Positions 45,001-55,475 of a stretch of 64,000 bases of DNA are shown piece by piece (position 1 is the first letter of the stretch; each line of letters begins with the position of its first letter). Below the pieces are notes generated by a model. The model saw only the letters and a program-made list of their open reading frames with translations, did not search any database and was not told the origin of the DNA. This DNA is from Trichomonas gallinae (Eukaryota): assembly GCA_008369845.1 (NCBI GenBank), contig MRSU01003133.1:1-64000 (forward strand). Reading direction: 5' to 3'. The position numbers and the translations under genes were made by a program.

Positions 45001-48000
45001 TTAGATGTCATATCCTCCGCCACCAACAAGACCATCTTCTGTCATGGGGACTTGAGCTGCTTTATGGGCACGTAATATTAAGACTGCGGCAACAGCTACA
45101 CCAGTAACAACAGCAATTGTGCCAACTGTACCACCAACGATGGCTGGTGTTTTGCTTGAATTTCCTATTTTTTGATAATTAGGAATTGATGTTTGTGTTG
45201 GATGATAAATATTTTCATCTCCAGTATGTTCTGTATTGTTTCTTTCTCCAGAATTATCTGTGATATTGTCGAAGTATTTGTCTGTATTGTTTCCTTCTCC
45301 AGAATTATCTGTGATATTGTCGAAGTAATTGTCTGTATTGTTTCCATTGACAGGAGCAACTGGAATGAAATCAGGATCAACTACATCAAATTTAGGTTCC
45401 AATTCATCAATCGAAACTAGTGTGGACTCAAGCGGTGGATCACCTGGAATTGGATGCGCGCTATAATCGAAGTCTGGAATTGGACGTACTTCTAGGATTG
45501 GTCCAACGAAACCAGTTACTGTTGGGTTTCCTTCTCTGCCTCTCAATGAGACCAAGATAGTATCTGTGGTACGACTTTCAATTACATTAGGAATTGCAGT
45601 CAATATTCTTTGATAAAGTTTGGTGCCAGTGAGTGCTTTATTTTCTGCGTATGTCAAAACTTGGGTGTTAACTGTTGCTTTGAGTGTATCATTGATATAA
45701 ACATCAAATTTGCCAGCAGTATATGGAGATTTATCGCCAATAATAGCGATAATGTTACTAAATAAATCCAGTTTGAGAATGATATCGACACGACTGCCTG
45801 GCTGCATTCTCAAACCTCTTCCGTTGAAGTAGAGACCATATTTGGTGAGGTTAACCTTATCATTATAGTTAGCAAGTGCAGAATGTGTTATTGGTGTGAT
45901 TTTATCATCTGAGGTTTTTGCACTTGCTAATAATACTACAATAACCTCGGTGAGTCCTTCGAATTTTGTTTCATCGTCTGGTTCCAAAATTATGACAATC
46001 TTTTTCACTAACGGTGTCCTATCATTAGAGAAACCATAGCTTTTTGAGAAGTTAACATGGCCCATTTTTAAACTGCTTGGACCCCAAAGCTCTGATTCAT
46101 TAAATGGACTCTCAGTATAGTAAGAAATGTCGATATTTCCAACAAAAGGCTTCTCTGGATTTGAATATAATTCAACTCTTTTTAGACTTATTTGTTTCCC
46201 AAATTGCAACACATATTCATGTTTTTTAGCAGGTTTGATTTTTGTCTTTCCTGAACCATCACTTCTGTCTTCATCGAAAAGAATTTTAGTGAGATTAACT
46301 GTCTTATCTACTAATTCTGGATGAGATACCACTGTAACCCATCCTTCTGGCATGATGGACTCGAAATCACCCTCATATCTGTTTTGATTCTGAGTTCTGA
46401 TAGGAGGAATGAATGGGATCGGATCTCCTGTTTCTTCCAATGATGAAGCTGTGTCGTGTCTGACTCTGCTGGTGTCAATCTCATAAACTTTGGGGTCATC
46501 ATCAATCATGAATCTTGCTTCACCATAACCATCACCATCTTTGTTCTTAAGGAAGAATCGCCAGTAATACTTTTTATCCGCTTCTAGTTTGATTTTCTTG
46601 GTGTTCTGTTTTGTATTAAAGTTTGACTCACGAGATGAAAGGTTCGCGATAAGATGTGAAGCATCCTGTGTGATGTTGCCTGAGAGTGGTGTGTCTGAGA
46701 TGTAGAAGAGCATGTCTTCATCATGTTTGAAGATAAACTTGTACTCACCACTTTTAGCTGGCCAGAAAGCACCTTCTGATAGGCAAACCCATGGTGTCAT
46801 TTGTTTATGGGCGCTATATTGTGGAATGCTGATACCTAAGTAGTCATGAAGCATAATGTGACCGTCTGCCTCACGATTAGCTATAAATTCATTGTATGCA
46901 TCATCGATGCGTGTGTTCTTATTGAGTCTGTAGAACGTTGAAACAGGACCCAACTTGATTTGCTTGCAGACAATGATTGCGATTGTTTCGTCTCCATTCA
47001 CGTTATCTTTGAATGTGACATAAATCTTTGATAATTTGTGATAGTCACCTGGTGTGAACTTAATTCTATTTTCCTTACCTGGTACTTTCTCAATTTTTCC
47101 TGTGCCATCACCAGACTTAAGCTCGGCCTTGACAAAACTGAAGCTATGATCATTAGTGCGGACTCTCGTTGTGATGTTGTCGAAAACAAAGTAATATGGT
47201 CTTCCGGCTGGAATCCTAAATGGTCTTGCGTGTTCTGTTTCTTCGCCATTGATGAGGTAACCTGTGGCATAAATTAAGGCGATCGGGTGGAATTCTTTGA
47301 TTGTGCCGTTGGCGACCAAAGCGTCGAGTGTCTCGTTACAGTAGGCAGAAACATCTGGAGTTTCTTGCATATTGTTAATAATGTAACTGGCGAAGGAGTA
47401 GTGATATGCTCTCATGTCTCTCTTGAAGACAGCGGCTTCAGTGAGGAGCATTGCGGAAATGTATCCACCAACTTCACCACGTTTGTAAAGTAACTCTTTG
47501 ATGTGGTTGCGTAGCATTTCTTTTTGAAGCTTAGGGCCGAACCAATGAGTTGTGAGAGCAAAGAAATCAAGAAGTCCTTTTCCATTGAAGCAAGTATATG
47601 GATCAGCCATGTAGTTCCAACCACCAGCCTTGCCTGCATAAGTTCCTGCGAAGTTGAGTTGGCGAGGCGATGTGATTTCGCAGAGCATGGCCATATTGAT
47701 GACGTTGAGAACATTGTTTGTGACTTCACCAGATTCCCGCCAGTGCCAATCACTCTGGAAGTGGTGGTGGTATTCATGGAGAAGACCCCAGCTACCCCAC
47801 TTAACACTGTCGTAACTGACAAGGCCCCAGACCCAATCAGGAGGTGCCTGAATGAAGTTCGCGCCGACAAAAGCAACAGCTGCACCAGCTGGAACATATG
47901 CATCGAAGTTATAATGAAGTGGATCTGTAACATAACCAATAAAGCTGCGCCCATAGTTCGATACTTCGTTGACATCGTAGGTATCCCATGAAACTGTCTG

Positions 48001-48828
48001 CCAGAAAGCCATAGCATCGTTGAGGCGAGTTGCGCTACGGACGAATTTGCTAGGGACTTCGGCAATGAATGTACCAGTATCAAAGAAAGAAAGAGGAGCT
48101 GCAAGGCCGCGGTATTCTTCCCACTCTTCATCGGTTGTGACACCATAGCGGAAGTATGGCATGCGGATGCCGCCTGTGATGTTGATTTCGATGCCATAGA
48201 AGTTGCCTCTAGGTCCAATAAGATCGATTAAGCCACCATAAGGCCAGGCAAACTCATTGTGCTGGTATTGAAGTTGGAATTCGCAGTTTAACTTGCCAAG
48301 TCTGACATTATACCTGTCAACATTATTAGTATGTTGATTTAATTTAACTTGAATCTGACCAATCATTGATGGTGGGATATCAATGGAAATTACTTCGCCA
48401 GGAGGTGCATAAACTCCTGTGTTATGGTATCGGACTCTTCTTGTTGCCATAATAAATCTAAATTTGTATCTTTTGGCATTATCAACCCATGTTTCATTGC
48501 CATAAAACTGGAGTACACCTGCTGGATGCTTGTATGCTCTTGTTTGAGGAAGGGTTTTGTAGATTTTGCAAAAATTCTCGAAAACTTTTTCTGTTTCATT
48601 TCTTAATTGTTCTAAAGTGCAAGTATGACGATGTCCTGGCCATGGGTATTGATCCTTTTCAATGAGTGGATCTGAATAGCCGGCATCTCTAATCAATGGT
48701 GGATTTGGAGTAGTGATTGTAGCAAGCGGCTGAAGTGAATCAGCGTCGCGAAGAACAACTGTATCTTTTCCGGGTTTTCCAAAACGTGATTCTAAATAAG
48801 ATGTGCAGAAATAAACCCAGAAAAACAT
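45001..48828 (-). CDS. M60-like (enhancin-related) zinc metallopeptidase surface protein with PA14-like and beta-sandwich domains and a C-terminal TM anchor
   Basis: TGVYAPPGE; WGLLHEYHH (47764-47778) followed by GEVTNN; PA14-like GAFWPAKSGEYKF; TM AIVGGTVGTIAVVTGVAVAAVLIL; short cytosolic tail. Confidence 0.92.
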   Translation of the reverse strand: MFFWVYFCTSYLESRFGKPGKDTVVLRDADSLQPLATITTPNPPLIRDAGYSDPLIEKDQYPWPGHRHTCTLEQLRNETEKVFENFCKIYKTLPQTRAYKHPAGVLQFYGNETWVDNAKRYKFRFIMATRRVRYHNTGVYAPPGEVISIDIPPSMIGQIQVKLNQHTNNVDRYNVRLGKLNCEFQLQYQHNEFAWPYGGLIDLIGPRGNFYGIEINITGGIRMPYFRYGVTTDEEWEEYRGLAAPLSFFDTGTFIAEVPSKFVRSATRLNDAMAFWQTVSWDTYDVNEVSNYGRSFIGYVTDPLHYNFDAYVPAGAAVAFVGANFIQAPPDWVWGLVSYDSVKWGSWGLLHEYHHHFQSDWHWRESGEVTNNVLNVINMAMLCEITSPRQLNFAGTYAGKAGGWNYMADPYTCFNGKGLLDFFALTTHWFGPKLQKEMLRNHIKELLYKRGEVGGYISAMLLTEAAVFKRDMRAYHYSFASYIINNMQETPDVSAYCNETLDALVANGTIKEFHPIALIYATGYLINGEETEHARPFRIPAGRPYYFVFDNITTRVRTNDHSFSFVKAELKSGDGTGKIEKVPGKENRIKFTPGDYHKLSKIYVTFKDNVNGDETIAIIVCKQIKLGPVSTFYRLNKNTRIDDAYNEFIANREADGHIMLHDYLGISIPQYSAHKQMTPWVCLSEGAFWPAKSGEYKFIFKHDEDMLFYISDTPLSGNITQDASHLIANLSSRESNFNTKQNTKKIKLEADKKYYWRFFLKNKDGDGYGEARFMIDDDPKVYEIDTSRVRHDTASSLEETGDPIPFIPPIRTQNQNRYEGDFESIMPEGWVTVVSHPELVDKTVNLTKILFDEDRSDGSGKTKIKPAKKHEYVLQFGKQISLKRVELYSNPEKPFVGNIDISYYTESPFNESELWGPSSLKMGHVNFSKSYGFSNDRTPLVKKIVIILEPDDETKFEGLTEVIVVLLASAKTSDDKITPITHSALANYNDKVNLTKYGLYFNGRGLRMQPGSRVDIILKLDLFSNIIAIIGDKSPYTAGKFDVYINDTLKATVNTQVLTYAENKALTGTKLYQRILTAIPNVIESRTTDTILVSLRGREGNPTVTGFVGPILEVRPIPDFDYSAHPIPGDPPLESTLVSIDELEPKFDVVDPDFIPVAPVNGNNTDNYFDNITDNSGEGNNTDKYFDNITDNSGERNNTEHTGDENIYHPTQTSIPNYQKIGNSSKTPAIVGGTVGTIAVVTGVAVAAVLILRAHKAAQVPMTEDGLVGGGGYDI
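45230..45345 (-). repeat. 51-bp coding tandem repeat (17 aa, about 2.3 copies) in the M60 stalk
   Basis: Units start at 45230, 45281 and 45332; NNTD[N/K]YFDNITDNSGE[G/R]. Confidence 0.95.
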
Positions 48829-49127
48829 TTTTTAAGAATGGTTATCATTATATTCACAATCCAAAACATTTCTGAGCAATTTGAATCATTTATGATACAT
48901 TAGATATAATAATATTTGAGATACGGCCATCGTTAAGCTAGATATAATTAAAAAATTTTTGCCATTTTTTATACCATCCTGTATATGATGAATAAATCTT
49001 ATATGCAAGGTTTTTATAAAATTGCCAGATTTTGATTGATTTTGTAAAGTTGATTTTTTGATGAAAAAAAAAAAGAGGGAATCCTGATATATTGAAGAAT
49101 ATAGTTACAACTTTTCAATTACAGGTA

Positions 49128-49155
49128 CGCAGGCAAAAAGTCGCAGGCAAAAAGA
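49128..49155 (+). repeat. 14-bp tandem repeat cgcaggcaaaaag[t/a] x2; possible transposon-end remnant
   Basis: Preceded by ta-caggta; GC-rich in AT-rich intergenic DNA. Confidence 0.7.
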
Positions 49156-50452
49156 CAAATTATGAAATACGATCGATATTTATAACTAACTAATTGTTCC
49201 TATTCTGTATTTAAGGGTGAACTTGATTTTTTATTTTTGCGTTTAAGAGTGCTGTAACTTCCTTTTTTTGTTGCCCTCATAACTCTGAATTGGCTATACT
49301 TACAAGCTTTAAACTTACATATTGTTTACTATTGTTTTTGAAGAATATAGTGCATTTAAAGATGTGTCTATATATGCGACATTTGTCGAATTTAAAATTC
49401 TATTTTGACTCAAGTATGCACAAGCTTTTATTTGAGACCATAGCACTAATTTAGAAAATGTTATGAAGTACCATGCAAAAAAACAAGCATTAAAAACTGA
49501 TATTGAAGGTTCTGATTAATATTTAAAATTGAATATATATTTCAGATATTGAGAGAAAAAAAAACAAATTTGAATGGAACTTTAAAAAATTATCAGACTT
49601 CTGTGTGTTTGAAATATTGTAGCTTAACTTAGCTGGTAATACTATATCATTATATAGATTAATGCTATGGACTCGGGACTTATAAAAGTCTATTATTGAA
49701 AGAAAATTAAAATTAATTTTTATGAATATTAAGGATATTTAGGTAATGTTAATGGGGTATAAAATTTGTACCTATGTATGGATAGATGTAACACTAAAAC
49801 AAGTCAAAGTTTAATCTTGATATATACAACAATATATTTGTAATACATCTATGGAAGTGCAGGTTATCCTTATAATAAACATCATTGCTCGTGTGCTACT
49901 ATAACCCATGTAATTATATGGTCCAATGACTTCTCCAACGTGGGAAATGGCATCATTTTTACATGACAAATTCTCTACATTACGTGACAAAAAAACTTAT
50001 CTTGAACAATGAACGTAAATTGCTTTGTATATAATTAATATTTCCATAATGGAATATTATTTCCAAATTGTCGAAAGAAATAAACTGACATTTTGTCATG
50101 TCGGAAAATTTCCAAATTGGATCAAACGCAAACATTAATATAATACCACTAGAATCATAGCAGCTATTATTTACAAAGTTAAAACTTCTATTCTTAAATT
50201 TTTTTCTGACAAATGTCAAAAAAATGATATCCTTTAAAAATATAATTTTGTTAATGATACTATTTATTAATTCTATTTTTGCTGAAATATTGGCAATATA
50301 TCATAATTTTCGATCAGAAAATCATAAAATCTTGAATTTATCGTTAGTTATTGATATGGTAGAGTATATAAGTTATGCATATTATGATGGCAGCGTTGAA
50401 AATTACTACTTTCGTGCAATATTTTGTTGAGAATTTTCCGTTTTAAATTTCG

Positions 50453-52318
50453 ATGAGCTTGGAGGGAGAAGAAGCAATTATAGAGAATACCAATAATGAA
50501 GAGGAGGATTTAGCTCCAGAGGAGGAGGATGTCGTCGAAGATCAGCAAAACGAAGAAGAAGATGCTCACGTCGAATTTGTTGATAATGAAGATGAAAATA
50601 AACAAGAAAATGAGAAAGATGATGAGCAAAATGAAGAGGAAAAGAAGGAAACTAAAACAGAAAAGCCGAAATTCATGTTAAATCAAAAACAATTCGATTA
50701 CGAAAATAGAAGAAAGCAGATACTAGAAAAGAAGCAACAAAAAGGGCCGAAAGACAACAAATCGAAAGAAAAATCCGAAACTACACCATCAAATCCACCG
50801 CAGCGCACAGATATCATTATTACACACAAAAATTTATATTCAATGGATAAAATTCACTTTAATCCAAAATGCACGATGATTGACCTTTCATCTAACAAGT
50901 TAGTCAACTTTGAAGGCATGCCACGCCTTAAATTCCTTACTTCAGCTCAATTAGATTCAAATCCAATCAGATCTTTCAAAGGAGCTGTTGTTCAGGATCG
51001 CCTCAAGTGGATATCCATGAAACACGCACCAATTTCTCGCAGCCCTTACTTTAAATTAATGACTTTGATTGCATTCGATAATATCACTAAAGTTGAGGAT
51101 CAATATGGCAAAGTTACATACAAGGGAAGCATTACAACAATCAATGATGGTAAAATCAATGATAAATTGCGTGAACAAGCTTTTAGGCTGTGTGATCACT
51201 TACGTCCTGAACTTATTGAGGGAAAGGTCATTACAAATCTTACTCCACTCAGAATGATCAACAATGAAGTAGATGATTCTGTTCCAGAAGGAAGAAAAGT
51301 TGAACCATCTAAAGAATTACTTGAAACAACAACAAGAATTACAACAAACATGGAGTCGGAGGTCAAAAAGGTTGTTACAGAGCATACTATGTCAAACTCT
51401 CAAGGAAAGCCAAGAATGACAAGTGTTGCTGTTAAATGTGACTTATTACTCAGCGAAGATGGAGATATCAGATCTTTTGTTAAGAAGGAAGTCCTCCAGA
51501 ATGTTGTTGATCGCTTAAACAAGCTTCGTTTTGATTATCCACAAGATGATGACGAAGAAGAAGAGTATGAAGAGGAAACAGCTGAAGATGAGCCAGCAAA
51601 GCAGCCAGAAACAAGTGAACAAGAAAAGTCTGAAAAATCTCCACAAAAAGTCGTAAAAATCCAAGAAATCGAAGAAAAAGTTGAGCAAAAACCAGCCGAA
51701 CCAACAGAAGAAGAACAGGACGAGGAAGAAGACATGGAAGGCGTCAACCCTCCACCAATTGAAGTAGAAGAAGAGGAAGAGAAGAAGAAAGAAGACTCAA
51801 ACATATCAGATCAGAAAGTTCAAATCTCAGACAACGGAATTGTCGCGAGAGTCGATGAAAAACTGGGCCAAATCATGTCACAGATAGAATACGCGATTGT
51901 AGTCCCTGAAGAAGAAGAAAATTCCAACGAAGAAGACGAAATCGAGCAAAATCATGATGAAGAAGAACAATCGAAGGTAGAAACAAAGCAAGAAAAGCAA
52001 GAAAATAATCATGAAGAAGAAGAAAAACATGAAGAACAAAATGAAATTGTCGAAGAGGAAGAAGAAGAGGCTAAAGAAGAAAAACATGAAAATGCTGAAA
52101 ATGATGATGAAATTAAAGAAGAAGGTGCTGAAATTGAAGACTCTGCTCCTGAAGAAGATGTTGATGAGGAAGAGGAGGAAGATATCAGTGACAGTATCAT
52201 TCTTAAGAAGAAATCGCCTGTTAAAAAAGTCGACGCAAATGGAGAAGAAGAGGAATCTCTTGAACAGATTCTTAAGGAAGGAAAACAGCTAGAGATGGAA
52301 CTTGATGTTGATGAATAA
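50453..52318 (+). CDS. Highly acidic protein with a short SDS22-like LRR domain
   Basis: IDLSSNKLVNFEGMPRLKFLTSAQLDSNPIRSFKG flanked by Glu/Asp-rich low-complexity tracts. Confidence 0.85.
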   Translation: MSLEGEEAIIENTNNEEEDLAPEEEDVVEDQQNEEEDAHVEFVDNEDENKQENEKDDEQNEEEKKETKTEKPKFMLNQKQFDYENRRKQILEKKQQKGPKDNKSKEKSETTPSNPPQRTDIIITHKNLYSMDKIHFNPKCTMIDLSSNKLVNFEGMPRLKFLTSAQLDSNPIRSFKGAVVQDRLKWISMKHAPISRSPYFKLMTLIAFDNITKVEDQYGKVTYKGSITTINDGKINDKLREQAFRLCDHLRPELIEGKVITNLTPLRMINNEVDDSVPEGRKVEPSKELLETTTRITTNMESEVKKVVTEHTMSNSQGKPRMTSVAVKCDLLLSEDGDIRSFVKKEVLQNVVDRLNKLRFDYPQDDDEEEEYEEETAEDEPAKQPETSEQEKSEKSPQKVVKIQEIEEKVEQKPAEPTEEEQDEEEDMEGVNPPPIEVEEEEEKKKEDSNISDQKVQISDNGIVARVDEKLGQIMSQIEYAIVVPEEEENSNEEDEIEQNHDEEEQSKVETKQEKQENNHEEEEKHEEQNEIVEEEEEEAKEEKHENAENDDEIKEEGAEIEDSAPEEDVDEEEEEDISDSIILKKKSPVKKVDANGEEEESLEQILKEGKQLEMELDVDE

Positions 52319-53340
52319 ATAATGTTTCGCTTATTTTATTATTCTTTTGTCTTTGTTTATAAAAAATTCAATTTGATTCAAATCATTATAATATCTCTAA
52401 AGCAGGAAATATATCATATATAATTCTCTCGACTTTTAATGAAAAAAAAAAAAATAAGTATTGCAATGAATCATTTGCAAAAATTAAATCCAAAATAATA
52501 TAATATTCATATCTTATGCTATTTAAAACGTGTTGCAGCATACTATTCACAAAATATATCAACATTGAGTCAATATTAGTTTTCATTAATAGTCTGTTAA
52601 TTTCAAGTTTTGTTGAAAAATCATAGATGTAACAAGTTAAGGAAATTATTATTACGCATATATTGTTGTGCTGGTAAACATTATCACAAGGCTGAGGTGT
52701 CAGATGAGTTCTCCAACATGAATTGAAATTCAATCGTTGTCATTTCAATTGTGTATATTCATGGAAAGATATATTGCGTGATCTAAAGCTGAATATAGCA
52801 TGAGAAATGTGTTTAAAGCAAAATTTAATATGAAAAAAATTAAAATCTATTGTTAGAGAACATTTAATAATGAAAACGTTTTTTTAACAGGCTAAGAATA
52901 AATAAGAAATGGTTAATTTGGTGAAAATCAATAAAATTAACCCATGAGTTGTTGCCACTTTTTTGTTCGGCACTTTTCAATTCAATCCGCGCCAATTTAC
53001 ACTGTCACTTTTTCTATCGTGTTTTGCTACAATGATGCTTATATGATTTTAGATAATATTCATTGAATAGAAAATATTTTTATCGTCCTTCCCAATTTTA
53101 TCCATTTGAACATTATATGGGAATCATAACCGTGCATAAGACACAAAAAAATGATTGACCATTAATCGGGAAAAGTGACATGACTTACAAATTTATGATG
53201 AAATAAAAAATCTATTTTGTACAAAAAGAAATGTTTTATTTTACAATTTTACAATTTTGTCACTTTTTGGCGGTTATTAAAGCAAAAAAATTTTTTTGAG
53301 CGATTAAAAAATATTAATAAAGAAAAAAAGATCGTAATAA

Positions 53341-54636
53341 ATGGCACAGCAATATAATGAATATGACGAGGCCGCCCAAGTATTGGCGAACCTCGATACC
53401 CTGCAGAAGTCAATAGTCAAGATTCAAGAAGAAACGATGAATCTCGAAATGTTAAACTCTCAATCAAAAATAATTGTAATGCAAAACGAGTACGAAATTG
53501 AAGCACTTAAAGAAGTCAAGAGAAATTTAGCGCTATTAGTATCAAAACAAAATAAAACGGTGCCCGAAGTTGTCGAACAACCGCCTCAAGAAACAAAACC
53601 AAAGCCTGTGGCACATCCAGTCCAATTACACGAAGGAAATCCATTATCGCAAGTCAATTTGGAATGGAAGATAACGCCAGACAATATTAAATCATTTAAT
53701 CTAAGATACTGCCTTTCATCGAACTCTGTTATTTGTGCAGTCAATTATAGCGCCGATGGTCGTCTTTTTGCTTTTGCTGATGTTAAAACTCTCTTCATTA
53801 TGAGTTCTTCAGATGGCTCACTTGTCGGAACAGGATCCATCCCAATTGATGAAAATAAAAACGAACAGTACGTTCGTGTTCTCGTTTTCTCGCCGGACTC
53901 GAAATATATCGCTTTGGCGGGTAAAAATAATGATATTTACGTTTTCCGTGTAGCAAATCCACAAGGAGAATATCACAGACTCAAACAACATACAAATACG
54001 GTCTCTTCGCTCGCTTTCTCACCAGATTGCAAGATTTTATATTCCGGAAGCTACGATGGCATGATTTGCATGTGGGATACGTCCACATTCCAAATCATCA
54101 AGACAAAGTCTCAACTTTGCCAGAACAAAGACGAATATATGGTTACTTTTGCTTTATCTCACGATGGATTGTTCTTAGCAGTTGGATTCATGAAAGGAAA
54201 TGTCGCTCTTTACAACTCTAACTTAGGAGATACTCCTCCAATTACAATCAAGCCGCACGACTCAATTCTTCTCGGTCTTGAATTATCTTTCGACGACAAT
54301 TACCTCGCAACTACAGCACAAGACCAGACATCTACGATGTGGTGCCTCCAATCATACGTTCCAAAGAAATTACAGACATTTTCAGGACATACAGAACTCG
54401 TTCTCACCGTTTGCTTCTCAAGAGACGGCCAATACCTGTTCACAGGCTCAAAGGATGAGACAATCAAGTGCTGGTCAGCTAAAACAGGCCAATGCATCTT
54501 CACATTACAGGCACATTCAAATACAGTTTTCCAGGTCCACCATCACCCGACAGAAGACTGCTTTGTTACTTGCAGTGGCGACTGCAAGGTCTGCGTGTGG
54601 GATTACAAGCTTTTACCAGAAGATCAGAAGAAGTGA
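53341..54636 (+). CDS. Tup1-like WD40 protein with N-terminal coiled coil
   Basis: SVICAVNYSADG and YVRVLVFSPDSKY resemble Tup1 blades; GHTELVLTVCFS..LFTGSKDETIKCW and other WD repeats. Confidence 0.88.
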   Translation: MAQQYNEYDEAAQVLANLDTLQKSIVKIQEETMNLEMLNSQSKIIVMQNEYEIEALKEVKRNLALLVSKQNKTVPEVVEQPPQETKPKPVAHPVQLHEGNPLSQVNLEWKITPDNIKSFNLRYCLSSNSVICAVNYSADGRLFAFADVKTLFIMSSSDGSLVGTGSIPIDENKNEQYVRVLVFSPDSKYIALAGKNNDIYVFRVANPQGEYHRLKQHTNTVSSLAFSPDCKILYSGSYDGMICMWDTSTFQIIKTKSQLCQNKDEYMVTFALSHDGLFLAVGFMKGNVALYNSNLGDTPPITIKPHDSILLGLELSFDDNYLATTAQDQTSTMWCLQSYVPKKLQTFSGHTELVLTVCFSRDGQYLFTGSKDETIKCWSAKTGQCIFTLQAHSNTVFQVHHHPTEDCFVTCSGDCKVCVWDYKLLPEDQKK

Positions 54637-55475
54637 ATTGTGTTATTGTGAACTAAAATATGTTTTTCTCTCAGATTTAATTACATTTACCTATAAAGTA
54701 TACTTGTTAAATTAAATTTTCAAATATTATTTCATCAAAAAATTATTTCTCCAATATAAGAATTTGTTCTCAAATATGTATCTATAGAAATGAAACTGGT
54801 TAATTTGATAATGATATGAATCAATTTGACTATTACATCTCTCAGAAGGTAAAAATGTCATGTAACTTTAATTTTGACAAATAAAAATATTTATATGTCA
54901 AATAATGTAAAAAACAAACATATCATCATTTCACTTTGCCTATTAAGAGTTTCTCTATAATCTTGCATTGTTTCTTCCTTATTATTATAATGGATATATA
55001 GCAATAATAGGGAAGAATAAATCCTTATTTTTAAGAGCTGCTCTTAATAATTGAAAAATGATAAATTAAGGTTTTAAAACCTGTATTGATAGATATATTA
55101 GAAATAGTTCATATGCTTATTGTAATACTGTTTGCCAATGGATTAATGATGCTGATTCTTCAAAAGTTTTTCCGAGTCAAATATATGTCAATGCATAAAT
55201 TTATTGGCAAAATTGGATTATTTTGACAACAAGGATATGTTTTATTATTCACTTTTTGCAGATTAATCTTCAGAAATTGATTTTGTAAACTATTCAAAAA
55301 TAACGATTTTGACAATATTTTTGAATTCGATAAAATCATGCATATAATCATATAAATAGTTAATTTTTGGAATTAATTTGATAATATTGAATTTTTATTT
55401 TGATTCATGCTAAATGAAGAGTATAATATCAATTTATCGTGCGAAATTTATCTTTTATAAAATTTTTGATTGCAA

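Noticed and set aside
47412..48218. 268-aa alternative-frame ORF inside the M60-like gene, and other overlapping or antisense ORFs (e.g. 3315-3836, 41106-41555, 47524-47991, 54278-54715)
   Set aside because: These are shadow ORFs expected from the codon bias of the host gene, with no recognisable motifs
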